This document shows, in pieces, positions 36,651-49,887 of a stretch of DNA of 64,000 nt. How positions within the stretch are numbered: position 1 is the first letter of the stretch; every line of letters begins with the position of its first letter. The position numbers and the translations under genes were made by a program. This DNA is from Octopus sinensis (lineage: Eukaryota). Where the stretch lies: positions 25,048,001 to 25,112,000 of the forward strand of contig NC_043018.1 of the NCBI RefSeq assembly GCF_006345805.1, in the 5' to 3' direction. The notes under the pieces are model-generated. The model made no database searches, was not told where the DNA came from, and saw only the letters and a list, made by a program, of their open reading frames with translations.

Positions 36651-37449
36651 GCATGTGCCACAGACATTTTTTTTTCTTTTACTCGAGATATAATATAGTA
36701 GCAAGTTCTTGTGGCAGTCGTTTCTTTCCGCTCTCATAAATCAAAAACACTTTTTTTCCCCCTTCGTTTTATTTATTCATTTATTTACTCTAATGGTATT
36801 GGCCATGGCGATGATGATGATGATGATGATGATGATGACGATGGCGAAGTAGTGATGATGATGAAAATGGTGGTGTCAGTGGTGGTAGCGGTCTGAAGCA
36901 TAAATCGTGGGGTTAGGTGTCAACGCGTGAAAATCTGAAAAATTCATTACAACATAACGTATATGATTTATTTTCGCTGCTGCTAAAATGTTTTCATTTC
37001 GTTTTGCTTATTGCAATACACTCCTGCTATAATTTATTCGACACATAACTAAACATGTGCGTATATAATAATATACAATAATATACTGTATATATTGTAT
37101 ATATTATATAGACAAGCACTATAAATAACTAATGACGTAAAACACCATTGAAATGATAATAAAAATAATAATCACAAGCAGAATAACAACAATTAAAAAA
37201 ATAAATGTAAACTGAAGATAAAATTTGTTGAGTGCAAAGAAGAAAAGTCTTTTGAAGTCGTCTTTGAATTGCGTTTGCGTGTATCATTAGAGTTACGTCG
37301 TAGACGAGATTTTCCATAAATTGTTTTCAAAAGAGAAACATTCGAAAACATGTATGTATGATTGAAGTTTAGTGGATAAGTGCAGGTAAAGACCTACACG
37401 GTTGCTCCAAATTGCTTAGCTTCATTGTTGCCGACGGTTTCTAGCAGAG

Positions 37450-37927
37450 TAGTGCTTCTCAAACTATCTGATGTGGCGTACCGGTAGTTTCTTTTTCCCC
37501 AATGTGTCAGGGACCGGTAATATTTCTCAGTAATATTAATTTATACCGGAAATAATCACGAAGTTTTGTCAGTGAACAGGTCGCGGTCTCAAAGCGACGA
37601 AAATATTTTGACAAATTAAATTTAAATGTTGAAGTGAATCTAACGGTTTTGTGTGTTTCTTAAATGGCTTATAAACACCTTCCACGCTGCAACTGTTTTC
37701 GTTCCAGCACACGATCTCAGATCAAGTCACTTGCTATGCAAGTACATCTCCGTAATATAATAACAGTTGACAATTTTTTTGTCTTATGTTTATTTTGTAA
37801 ACAAATAATACAATATTACATAAGCATTTTATAATGTTCCTTTGTTTTCTGGAAACTCGCCGCGGACCGGCAGCTGATGTCTCGTGGATCAGCACCGGTC
37901 CGTGGACCTCCACTTTGGGTAGCACTA
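37450..37927. mobile_element. hAT (Charlie-type) MITE, 478 bp
   Basis: TAGTGCTTCTCAAACT..ACTTTGGGTAGCACTA termini. TSD TAGCAGAG/TAGTAGAG (7 of 8 match). Confidence 0.8.
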
Positions 37928-38301
37928 TAGTAGAGGATGCATGTTCTTAACGCCTTGCCTGTCCTGTTTGTCACGTGATAGACAGGACATTTTTACCTGG
38001 GTCTATGCATCAAAAAGTTAAAGACTCCCTTCGGCCATGAATGATCATCAGATTGTACCCTAGAAAGTCCCTTTCCTAGGCAGAAGTCCGGGCAAGATTG
38101 GTTGTTTTTTTATGGAAGACCAGCAGTTGCCCATGCATACCAACCTCTCCTCTTCCACGTCACTGATGTTGTCTAAGGGAAAGGCAAAGGGGCCGATACA
38201 GCTTGGCTCCAGTGACGGCGCAACGCATTTTTACAGCTGAATATCACTTTTATAACTTCTGGTTTAAACTTATTTTACATATATACATACATACGTGTGT
38301 G

Positions 38302-38383
<82 letters not shown>

Positions 38384-38441
38384 CAATGTATGTATGTGTA
38401 GTTTAGTCTTCTAAGAAGCAATCTATATATATGTGTGTGTA

Positions 38442-38499
<58 letters not shown>

Positions 38500-38504
38500 A
38501 TATT

Positions 38505-38610
38505 AGAAGAAATGAGGTACTCAGAATCTGGATGGTTTTATATTTACAACCATCCAGATTTCTAAGTACCTCATTTCTTCTCATATATAATACCTGTACA
38601 TCATCTCCAA
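38505..38610. mobile_element. (TA)n-embedded element with 77-nt terminal hairpin
   Basis: AGAAGAAATGAGGTACTCAGAATCTGGATGGTT pairs with AACCATCCAGATTTCTAAGTACCTCATTTCTTCT (one mismatch, one indel). Confidence 0.65.
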
Positions 38611-38616
38611 ACCTTC

Positions 38617-38726
<110 letters not shown>

Positions 38727-38978
38727 TGTATATATGCATACACATAGACACACACACCCACGCGCAAACATATACATGCAGACAAACATATAAAATATAT
38801 ATATATATATTATATATATATAATCTATCCTTTTTATCCAGTTTATCTACCTTAACGATTTCAGCGTTCATATTTGAGTATGTTTTCTCTAAATGCGTCA
38901 AATCAAATTAACAGGCAAACCTGTGTACATAAGATTTTTATGTCTATATCACACCACACACACACTCTCTCTCTCATC

Positions 38979-39018
<40 letters not shown>

Positions 39019-39589
39019 CACACACACACATTTATGTATGCATGTCTAAATGTGCGTTTGTGTACGCAAATTTTCTGATCGTGAAAATTAAATCACAACG
39101 TTTGATAAGATAATAAATAATATGAAAATAAAAAGAGGAGAAACGCTAAGAAGTTTTGGGAAAGAGCGGGAAAATCACATAGAAAAAATCAGTGTGTTGT
39201 AAAGAAAGGTTATGGCCGACTTCACATCCATTCATGTCATCGTGTGTAAGCGATGCCGACCACAATATCTCAACCTACTGTTGCATAAAAGGACACAGTC
39301 TTGTGTGTATACATATATATATATGACATAGTGTATGGTGTGTGTGTGTGTGTTTTGTACACACACATACGATCGCTTCCGTACGCACGATCCGCCTCTT
39401 TCCTCCTTGTATCTCTCTAATTGTAGTTGACATTGTGTAAATGCACAAACACGCACACACGCACGCGCACATATACACACATTCGAACACAATGTACTTT
39501 CTGTCTCTTGTATATACTGCCATACGCACCGCACAAATATATGTGGTTGTATGTGTCACTATATACACACACGTGTATGTGTATGTAAG

Positions 39590-39677
<88 letters not shown>

Positions 39678-39685
39678 CATACACA

Positions 39686-39896
39686 CATGCGGGGTGCTGA
39701 AAACTTCCTTCTAGTTTTGGGTAAAGGAAAACAGAATCAATTATGATTTTATCCAACATATTCCCTTCTTAGATTCACACACTTATTACAGCGGTCCTTC
39801 AGTTTTTCTAAGCCCTGTAAAAGAACTCGGCGTGTTGGGGCCACCAGCCAGGCCTTTCGCTGCACCCTTAAATCCAGGAACTTTTCACCACCTCTT
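39686..39896. mobile_element. mariner-like MITE, second copy
   Basis: Internal sequence is the reverse complement of 23439-23659. TIRs are degenerate. Confidence 0.75.
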
Positions 39897-40043
39897 CCTC
39901 TGTGTGTGTGTGGGTGTACACTTGAAGCAACGCAAGTGCGTTGCACTCATGAAACAATCAACACACACATAATTGAGAAAGTTGGCACCAAAGTCGAAAT
40001 CAGTCAACCATTTCTTTGTAAAAAAAACAAAAAAAAAAACCTT

Positions 40044-40279
40044 ATACCTATTTCTTTATTACCCACAAGGGGCTAAACACAGAGGGGACAAACAAGGACA
40101 GACATAGGTATTAAGTCGATTACATCGATCTCAGTGCGTAACTGGTACTTAATTTATCGACCCCGAAAGGATGAAAGGCAAAGTCGACCTCGGCGGAATT
40201 TGAACTCACAACATAACGACAGACGAAATACGGCTACGCATTTCGCCCGGTGTGCTAACGTTTCTGCCAGCTCGCCGCC
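40044..40279 (-). mobile_element. SINE family B, full length
   Basis: Homology to full copies. The 3' end reads AAAGAAATAGGTAT. Confidence 0.9.
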
Positions 40280-40749
40280 GTGCACATGCATGTTGAGTAT
40301 TTCTTCACTTTATGTTTGAACACGCAACACGTGTGTATAAGTCACAATTCGTCTTTTCTCGAACTCCTATCAAAAGCATCCATTTTCTAACCGACCCTAA
40401 ATTCTCTCTCCCCTTTCACATTTGTATCTCCTGAGTATTGTGCGCACGCATATGCACACGCACGACTATGGTTGCTCTATTTGCTAGAAATAGCAACCAA
40501 ATTTTCCCCAATTTTTACCCCTGAAGCCCTTAATGCAGGTATGAATAACCCTTTTTCGAGAAGCGGGTAACAAAAGATATGTCTTGTCATCGAGCAGGCC
40601 GCACTTCTAAAAAAGATTTCAAGGTAATATTTTGTTAAGGGTGACATTCAGAAACCCCGCAGGCCGCAGTTTGCTCATGACAGCTTTGAAACAAGGATGA
40701 CCATATCAAATAAAATAAACACACTTAGATAAATTTTTGAAAACCAGAC

Positions 40750-41537
40750 GTGGTGGTCACCGATTAATTGGAATCTACCAGACAAAATGTTTAGCGGCAT
40801 TTTGTCCGTTTTTAAGACAGAGTTCAAATTCTGCCGAGGTCAACTTTTCTTTTTCGTCCTTCCGGGGTCGATAAAATAAGCACCAGTTGAGTACTGGGGT
40901 CAATGCAAATTTCAGGTTTAGTCCCTACAGTAAAAAGGATTATTATTGCTTTTCATCTTTTCGGGGGTCAATGAATTAAGTACCAGTGAAACACTGGGGT
41001 CGATGTAATCGACTAGTCCCCCCCGCTCCAATTTCAGACGTGCCTATAACAGAAAAGATTATTATTAAAGGGGGTGAGCTGGCAGAATCGTTAGCACGCC
41101 GGGCGAAATGCTTAGCACTGTTTCACCTGTTGCTACGTTCTGAGTTCAAATTCCGCCGATGCCGACTTTGCCTTTCATCGTTTCAGGGTCGATAAATTAA
41201 AGTACCAGTTGCGTATTGGGGTCGATCTAATCGACTGGTCCCCACTCCAAAAATTTTGGGCCTTGTGTCTCGAGTAGAAAATACTATGATGACGATGATG
41301 ATTAAGGCCCCGAGATGGCAAAATCGTTAACAAGCCGTAGTCGATGCTTAGAAGACTTTTTGCAGTTTTATGTTCTAAGTTCAAATTCCGCTGAAGTCGA
41401 CTTTGCCGTTCATCCTTTCGAGGGGTCGATAAAATAAAGTATCAGTTAAGTACTGGGGATGGGGAGTAGGCGTCGCTGTACTTGAATAGCTCTCTTCCTC
41501 CAAAATTTCAGGCCTTATGCCTAAATTAGAAGAATGA
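40750..41537 (+). mobile_element. Head-to-tail array of four B2 SINEs
   Basis: Units at about 40750-40948, 40949-41067, 41068-41302 and 41303-41537, joined at (ATT)n or (GAT)n tails. Confidence 0.8.
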
Positions 41538-41646
41538 AATTATTGCAATCATTTCGACTCCATTATGACCGTGACCACCACCACCACCACCGCCACCACA
41601 ATCATTAATACTATTAGCAGCACTATGTCTATATTAACACCTCTCA

Positions 41647-41870
41647 GGGCGGCGATCTGGCAGAAACGTTAGCGCGCCGGGCGAAATGCGTAGCCTATTT
41701 CGTCTGCCGTTACGTTCTGAGTTCAGAGGTCGACTTTTGCCTTTCATCCTTTCGGGGTCGATAAATAAAGTACCAGTTACACACTGGGGTCGATGTAATC
41801 GACTTAATCCCTTTGTCTGTCCTTGTTTGTCCCCTCTATGTTTAGCCCCTTGTGGGTAGTAAAAGAAATA
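41647..41870 (+). mobile_element. SINE family B
   Basis: Homology to full copies, with a small internal deletion. Confidence 0.88.
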
Positions 41871-44154
41871 TATATTAACACCTCTCCCGCCATCATCACT
41901 AACACTACCGCCTCCGCCAGCACGATACCACCACCGTCACCACTGCTATTATAACACCGTTATACAATCGCTGCCGCCGTCATCACCGCTATCACCACCA
42001 CCATCATCATTACCGGTGAACCATTGATATAACTGACAGCTGCCATAACTAATGAATGAAACGGTCTCGTTAGTGTTGGCTACACAAACACACACATATA
42101 CAAACATACATTATTTGTGACACAAATACACACACACATTTGTGACGGGGAGAGAAGGAACAGAATGACTTGTTGTCTGTGCGTAATTTTACGTTATGCT
42201 GTTGTTCCACTGATTACACACACACACACAGAGCAGGCAATGTCACACCCAGTGCTAATATATATATACTGACACCGACACACACATGCACACACTCACA
42301 CACACACTCACACATACAGACATATACATACTTATCGATACTCATCTCTCCCTGCCGCTCATTTATGCGCGCGCCTACACACGCGCGCACAGACATCCCA
42401 TTTACCTATTTACATCCATTGACACGCACACACACCTATCGATACATAAGCACAACAAATTATACACACACACATAAACGTGTGTGTGTGTATTTGCGCG
42501 CTTCTGTGTGTGTGTGTAACGTACATCATAACACTCCTCCCTCGCTTCCCAATACATATGTACAGACACTGTATCATTTCTCTGATAATCACGTGTTGAT
42601 TATGTAACGAAACATACGAAAGAAGCCACACGCATACGTGCATACGCGCGCGCGCACGCACACACACCACACACACACACATGCAAAGAGACGCACAAAC
42701 ACACAACACGCGTACACATACACAGACAGACCTAAATCCATTCAATCGTAGGACAACAGAAATCAGACCTTCATTCAATGAAAAGGAAACAAGCAAGTGA
42801 CAGACTTGACATGTCTATCTTTATACGCTAACACACACACACACACACACACGCACGGATGGACACACACGTTCGTTGTTATAAAATAATCTCATACACA
42901 CACACACACACACACGTACTTTTTTCCCTCCTCTCCATCTCCGACACAATGGATGTTGGGTCAATTCACAGAAAATATAAGAGAGGTGGGCGTTTTAAGC
43001 GAAGAGGTTTCAAATAGTGCTTCTTCTACCAACTCCGAGATCTTAAACAAATTTTTTTTAAATAAACATATATTTCTCGATATCAGTCGCAAAATATAAA
43101 ACTTCGCTATTTATGTTGACAGGAAGAATGGAACTCAAAATTGAGTCTATTCTTTTATACGTTTCAGCCCTAAGGCTGTGGCCATGCTGGGGCACCGCCA
43201 TATGTATATTTTTATTAATATTTAGCAGAAATACGCGCGTTGATAAGTGTCAACGCACGAAACTGTCAGACCTTGAGTCACTGTTACTTCTGCTAAATAT
43301 TAACTGTGTGTGTGTGATGACAAGAAGAATAGAGGGAGAAAGTAATTTTATTACTTTACTTAACAATTGTTTTATCATAATTCAATACAATCAATCTTGC
43401 AACATTATGCAATAATAAGTGAGACTATTGATTAATTTTCCATGTCATTTAGGTTAACTTTGATAACGCATCTTTAATACGATTTTTCACAAAAAGTTAA
43501 AAAGGAAAAGAAAAGTGTACTGACTTTGACTTGTTCCACTAAATCCTTCAAGGTGGCGGTCTAATTAATGACTGAAACAAGTAAAAGAGAAAAGACGTAT
43601 TATCTCTCTAAATATCATCAATAATTCTATTATTAAATACCAGTGAATATAAGAGCATACAAACAATTAATGAGTGTGTGTGTTAAAATGGCGACCGCTT
43701 TGCAAAATGCCTTGCGGTGTTTCGACACACAAATCTGAGATCAAGACACTCGCCAAACAAGCAACAGCTAAAGAATCACAACACAACCACCACGACCACC
43801 ACCAATCACTACCAACAACAACAACAATAACCATTATTATCATCATTGAGGTTTTCGTTAAAAACTATGAAAAACAAAAAATGTTGTTGGTATATATTTT
43901 GAGAAAGTTTTTTGAACAGCTTATCATCTTCGCTTTTACACATACAATCTGTTCTACCGTTAATCTTCTTCGGCTCAGCCTGTTTTTTTTTTCTTTGTTT
44001 TTTTTCTCCTCCTCCTACTCTTGCATCACCACCAGCTCCTCCTCCTCTGCCGCCGTCTCTTCCACATTTTCTTTATCTTTATCTTTTTAACATAGCGGCC
44101 TCTTATCTTTTGGTGCATATTTCAACCAACACGCCCAATTACTTGTCGTGGCTG

Positions 44155-44157
44155 CTT

Positions 44158-44200
<43 letters not shown>

Positions 44201-44392
44201 TACTACTGCTGCTACAACTACCACTACTACTCACAACAACCATCATCACTACCACAACCGCCACTGCAACCACGACCGCTATTGCTATTACTACCACCAC
44301 CTCCACCATCACAACAACCACCACCACTACCTCCACCATCACTACAACTATCACCACTACTACTACTACTGCCGCTGCTGCTGCTGCTAACT
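44155..44392. repeat. Compound (CTA)n/(CAC)n/(CTG)n trinucleotide repeat
   Basis: Direct reading of the sequence. Confidence 0.9.
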
Positions 44393-45559
44393 AGTACAAC
44401 GGACTCTTTAAGATCACTACAAGTAACTTAACTACCATTAATCAACTACCGGCACCAAAGTTCTAGTCATATGTAGAAGCGCAAGCCTGGTTGTGTGGTT
44501 AAGAAGCTAGCTTTGCAACCTCGTAGTTTCAGATTCAGTCCCACAGTGAAGCACCTCGGGCAAGTGTCTCCTCCCCTAAAGCCCATCGTGTGTGTGTGAT
44601 TGTCTCTTTATGTTTATTCCCCCACCATGGCGGTGAATTCAATAGGAGCCGGTTTAACCCCTCCCGAGCGAATGTCATGACAAGACAAGACAGATTCACC
44701 ACCACAGTTTGACAGCCGGTGTTCGTTTGTTTATGTCCCCTTGCCTTGGAGCGATTCGGCAAAAGGAGTCCCGACAGCATAGGTACCAGACTTAAAGAAG
44801 TTGTTCGTCTACAACTCTTCGAGGCTGTGCTCCAGCATGGCCTCAGTCCAATGAATGAAACAAGTATAAGGTGCAAGAAACAAGGCAAAAGTCTCTCCCC
44901 AACTACATCCCTACTGTCTTGTGAAAGAGAGGATAACACCGTGCATAATGTCATCCTATATATATATATATAAAAGCAAGCTGTGATGGAGCTTCTTTGA
45001 CAATTTGGGTCTATCGTATGAAGAATAACAATTTAAACATGTCCTTCTTACAACACTGAGTGCATTTCATAGTTAGGGTTATTCCTTCTAGGCCTTCTAT
45101 TAAAGTAACAGCTTAAAGCGTCTTCCGTCTTAACACCACCAAACTAATCCTCTCTGTGTGTGTCACGTACTTTTGGTCAAAAACTTAATATATCGCCCTA
45201 ATTTAGCATCACTACATGTTCTTTGTGAAGGTGATAGACCTAGTAGTAGTTTAGATGTTGTACTCACGATCGTAAGAACGTTGTTTCGATTCCGGGACGG
45301 GGCGGCGAGTTGTCTTCGTGAGCAAAAATGCTTCATTTTACGTGGTTTAAGTCCAATCACTTATAGATTAGTAACCGTGCAACAGCAACGAACTGGTGGT
45401 ACCCGTTCAGGTGAGAGATGTCGTGACCCATGGAAACCGGGTAACCATTCCTATAAACCCTAAGGACACAAGAAAAATATACTTACAGGTTCTTTGGGTG
45501 TTTGGAGGTTGTCTATTGGGCTTAATATGACATCTTCGTTAACACCTCTACCGTTTTCA

Positions 45560-45925
45560 GATATTGATTTCAAAATTTGGCGCAAGACCAGCACAGTTTG
45601 TGGGAAGGTTGAAAGTCAATTAATCAACTGGTAGTTATTTTATCGACGCTGGCAGGATTTTTAACGGACGAAATGCCGCTAAGAATTTTGCCAGGCGTTC
45701 TAACAATTGAGCCAGCTCACCTTATAATGATTTCAAATTTTGGCACAAGACCAGCGATTTCGGGGGTGGGGGTGGGGGGTTGATCGATTAAATCGACTCA
45801 AGTAGTAATTCAACTGGTATTTATTTTATCGACCCCGAGAGGACGAAAAGGCAAAGTCGACCTCGGTGGAATTTGAACTCAGAACGTAAGGCGTGCAAAG
45901 GATTCTGCCAACCCGCCGCCCTAAT
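45560..45925 (-). mobile_element. Two head-to-tail B2 SINEs
   Basis: TTTCAAAATTTGGCGCAAGACCAGC at about 45568 and TTTCAAATTTTGGCACAAGACCAGC at about 45731, each followed by the central block. Confidence 0.72.
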
Positions 45926-46126
45926 AACAATAATTCGTTCCAATCACCAAACGGCAGCACTAATTCTTAGTATTTTATGAGACATGAATTAAAATAAGAA
46001 ATGGTAGTCGGCTCCTATCTTATTTCGCAATAATTCTTTACTGTAAAAGAATATCGTTGTTTTTCAGTACAAAATGTCCTAGATTCTAAAGAGTTAAAAA
46101 GATGTGACACGTGAAGCCCCGCACCC

Positions 46127-46165
<39 letters not shown>

Positions 46166-46347
46166 TCACTCATACATACACAGACATATAATATATGTGG
46201 AGTGTGTGTGTGTTGTTTTCCATCTTTTTGGTATATGTATGGTTCCTGGGAAAAATGGTAAAAGTTGTATTTGGAATAATTGTTAGTGTCTGTTAATCAT
46301 CCCACCTCGTGTGTTTGTGTGCACCACATGTTATGTACGTGTGTGCG

Positions 46348-46395
<48 letters not shown>

Positions 46396-46887
46396 TATAC
46401 AAACACAAGTACATATATGTATTAATATACAAACATAGATACACACGCACAAACATACATTCAAACTCTCTCTCTCTCTCACACACAGACATGAACAAAC
46501 ACCATAGCTCGAAAATATATATATTCTGATATATATTCCAGGTTTGACAAGGTCGTGGAAATCTAAGGCTCATGTTTCTTGGTTAGGAAAGAACGCAATT
46601 CAAAGAATACAACAACTGTGTACGCCTCTCCACGTTATACCCGTATGTGTGTGTTTGTGCACAGAAAGTGTTAAGTTTATCTTCTCTATATATACATGTG
46701 TGTGTGTGTGTGATATTATTCCACGTAACGGGTCCTTGCTGTCGAAGAGAATGTTTATCTTTCAACTGGCACCGAGCGTTTGTGACTGTCATGCGGCTTT
46801 TAGGCTACGGAGCGTGACGATAATTTTCAAGAGCTTCTAAGCGTTACGAGACACACAGTGAGTGAGAGAGAGAGACAGTGGGGAAAT

Positions 46888-46924
<37 letters not shown>

Positions 46925-47209
46925 CATACACACGCAAGTAATAGAGAGATGGGGAGAGAGTGAGAGTGAAAGAGCAAAACGACCGTTTTCGTGTCGTACT
47001 TTTAAAGACTTCCAGTTCGCAAAATATTTTGCTCTCTCTCGGACGGACACTCACACACACACACACACACACTGTAAAAGAAAGAAATAAAGAGAAAAAC
47101 AGAGAGAGATAAACGAATACAAGTAGACATACATAAGGGAATAAAAACAACTTTTTCTATTAATTTGTTTTAGTGTCTAAGAATGTATGCTATATATAAT
47201 ATATATATA

Positions 47210-47264
<55 letters not shown>

Positions 47265-47301
47265 ACCACACAACACACATATATTATACCACACATAAAT
47301 T

Positions 47302-47356
<55 letters not shown>

Positions 47357-48502
47357 TATATATATACACGTGTATGTATGGTATATATATATATATATAT
47401 ATATAAATATGTGTGATGTACGTATGGCATGTGGTCTTACGGATTTAGCGATTAACCAAAGGGTGTTCGCTTTTAGCGAAATCATAGCCCCTCTCAAGAA
47501 TTTAATTCGTACAAAGTCCATTTGGGTATCTAGTTTCCTTGATCTTTAATTCAAGAACTTTGCCCCCCTCCGTCTCTCCATCTATCTATCTATCTATCAG
47601 TCTAAGTGTCTGTCTGTCTATCTATCTATCTCATTGCATGTGTGTCTTTGTGTCTGTCTTCATTCCCTACCGCTTGACAACTGTTGCTGGTGTGCTCGCC
47701 TCCCCGTAACTTAGCGGTTCATGAAAAAGCAGAACGATAAGTACTGGGTTTTGATTTGTTCGACTAAAAGTTCTAAAGTTCTTCAAAGCGGTGCCCCAAA
47801 ATGGCCGCAATTTGAATGACAGAAGCAGATGAAAAAAATATATATACACAGAGACGAAACTCTCGTCACTTTCCTGAGACGGATTTCAAATATTTGGGGC
47901 TTCGTTAAATAAACACACGTCGTTAAACATTTAGCACTAGGTCAGTGTTGACTGAACAGAGAGGTGCTATATGACCAGAAGGCTTTCCATCCACAACCAC
48001 ACACCACTCATCTCTTCGACCACAGTTTATCTAGGACTACATTGTCTAATGTCAATATGGTCTCTTTTTCATGAGATTGATTTTAAGGAGATTTGGCTTC
48101 TATTTCTAGCAGGCTTGATGCGGATCACTTAGATAATGCTCCACTTTTGGTGTGTGTTGGAATTAAACATTTATTGAAATACAGAAGTAGGAGGAAAATT
48201 ACAGAAAAGAATTTTAAAAAAGAGCGTCAACGACTATTGAAGAGGTTGCAAGACGCAACGAAAATTTTAGAAAAAAAAAAAATGAGTGGAAATGGAACCG
48301 ATGAGTGTGTTAGGTAATAAGGCACTAAAAAACATGACTCTTTCCAGACAATAAGATATGCTTCAACACACGAATTCACATAAAGAATCTTGCAAATCAA
48401 ATACAAAAACGAAATTTTAAAAAAGAGTTAGAGCTAAAACCAGATGTATATACTATAGGGGACGAAATACTTGAAACAGAAATCGTGTGAAAAAAATATA
48501 TA

Positions 48503-48575
48503 TAGAGAATTTGGGTATCGATCCTAGTACCTCTCGTATGTAAAGCGAGCGCTCTACCAACTGGGCTAATTTCCT
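48503..48575 (-). pseudogene. tRNA-Ala-derived pseudogene (73 nt)
   Basis: Minus strand AGGAAATTAGCCCAGTTGGTAGAGCGCTCGCTTTACATACGAGAGGTACTAGGATCGATACCCAAATTCTCTA is colinear with metazoan tRNA-Ala. G3:U70 is retained. There are mismatches in all four stems and the anticodon reads TAC. Confidence 0.78.
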
Positions 48576-48677
48576 AAACTGTACTATAACTGCTTATTTT
48601 CAATAATTTAAAACAAAAATAGCAACAGGTCTTCTGTTTGCCAAATGGTGGATATTCTATTAGGGAGTCTGTTACTG

Positions 48678-48732
<55 letters not shown>

Positions 48733-48948
48733 TTATATACACACACACACACGCAGGCACTTGTTTCCTCAACTTCCAGAAAAAATGGATATAATGAAAT
48801 TTTTCCACATATACGCTTCAGATGGTGTACATTCCGCTTATATCGGAATTTGTTATGAAAATGTTTTTCCGAAGGATAAGGAAGATGGAGTTTTGGAAAA
48901 TTCCCACGAGACAGCAGGTTTCCTCATAACTTGAATAAAATTGAGTAA

Positions 48949-49462
48949 TTTTCAATGAAATTTTCTAGAAATATATTTTATGTGGTGTAGATTACAATTA
49001 TATATATCGGAATTTAATTTAAAGGAAGAAAAAAATAGTGGGCGCGTACACATACATACCGACACACATCACATATTTCTACAAAACGATACTTTTTTGA
49101 AAAAAAAAGTTAACGATACTTAAAAAAAGTTATGTGTATCAGTATGTGTGTATGTATGTTGTAGGTATGTGTTGTATGTGTGTGTATTTATGTGTGTATG
49201 TTTGTATGTGTGTATGTATGTGTAGGTATGTGTGTATGTATGTATGTGTGCGTATGTGTATGTATGTGTGTGTTTGTATGTATGTATGTATGTATGTGTG
49301 TATGTATGTGTGTGTGTATGTATGTATGTATGTATGTGTGCGTAGCCCACCATTTTTGGGGGGTTTTTTTCTCGCATTAAATTCTTATATAATTGTAATC
49401 TACACTGCTCGAAAGGCATTTGTAGAAAATTTTCATTGAAAAATATTAATTTTTCTAAAGGG
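48949..49462. mobile_element. Foldback element with ~110-bp inverted arms around a (TATG/TG)n core
   Basis: 48949-49059 versus reverse complement of 49331-49443. The right end AAAGGGTTTGA is piggyBac-like. Confidence 0.65.
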
Positions 49463-49721
49463 TTTGATCGAACAAAACCGGATGAGCATTAGCTACGAAA
49501 GAAACCAGTGTCCTAAAACCCAGTATGTTGTTAGTTGATAGTGGCTACCAAGGATCTCGATGATGGCGGTGTTGTTTATTTATATGTTTAAAGACCTTTT
49601 CTGAATTCAACGAAATGAGGTGATCCACGTTGCTAGAAATAGCAGTCAAATCTGCTAGAAACATGGGCAAAATTTCCATCAAATCACGCTGCTGTCAATA
49701 TATGTATATACATACATACAT

Positions 49722-49757
<36 letters not shown>

Positions 49758-49801
49758 TCATATATATACACATACATACATACACACACACACATATATA
49801 T

Positions 49802-49842
<41 letters not shown>

Positions 49843-49843
49843 C

Positions 49844-49887
<44 letters not shown>

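Noticed and set aside
43912-44394. Thr-rich mucin-like ORF
   Set aside because: Produced by (ACT)n/(ACC)n trinucleotide repeats, with open frames on both strands.
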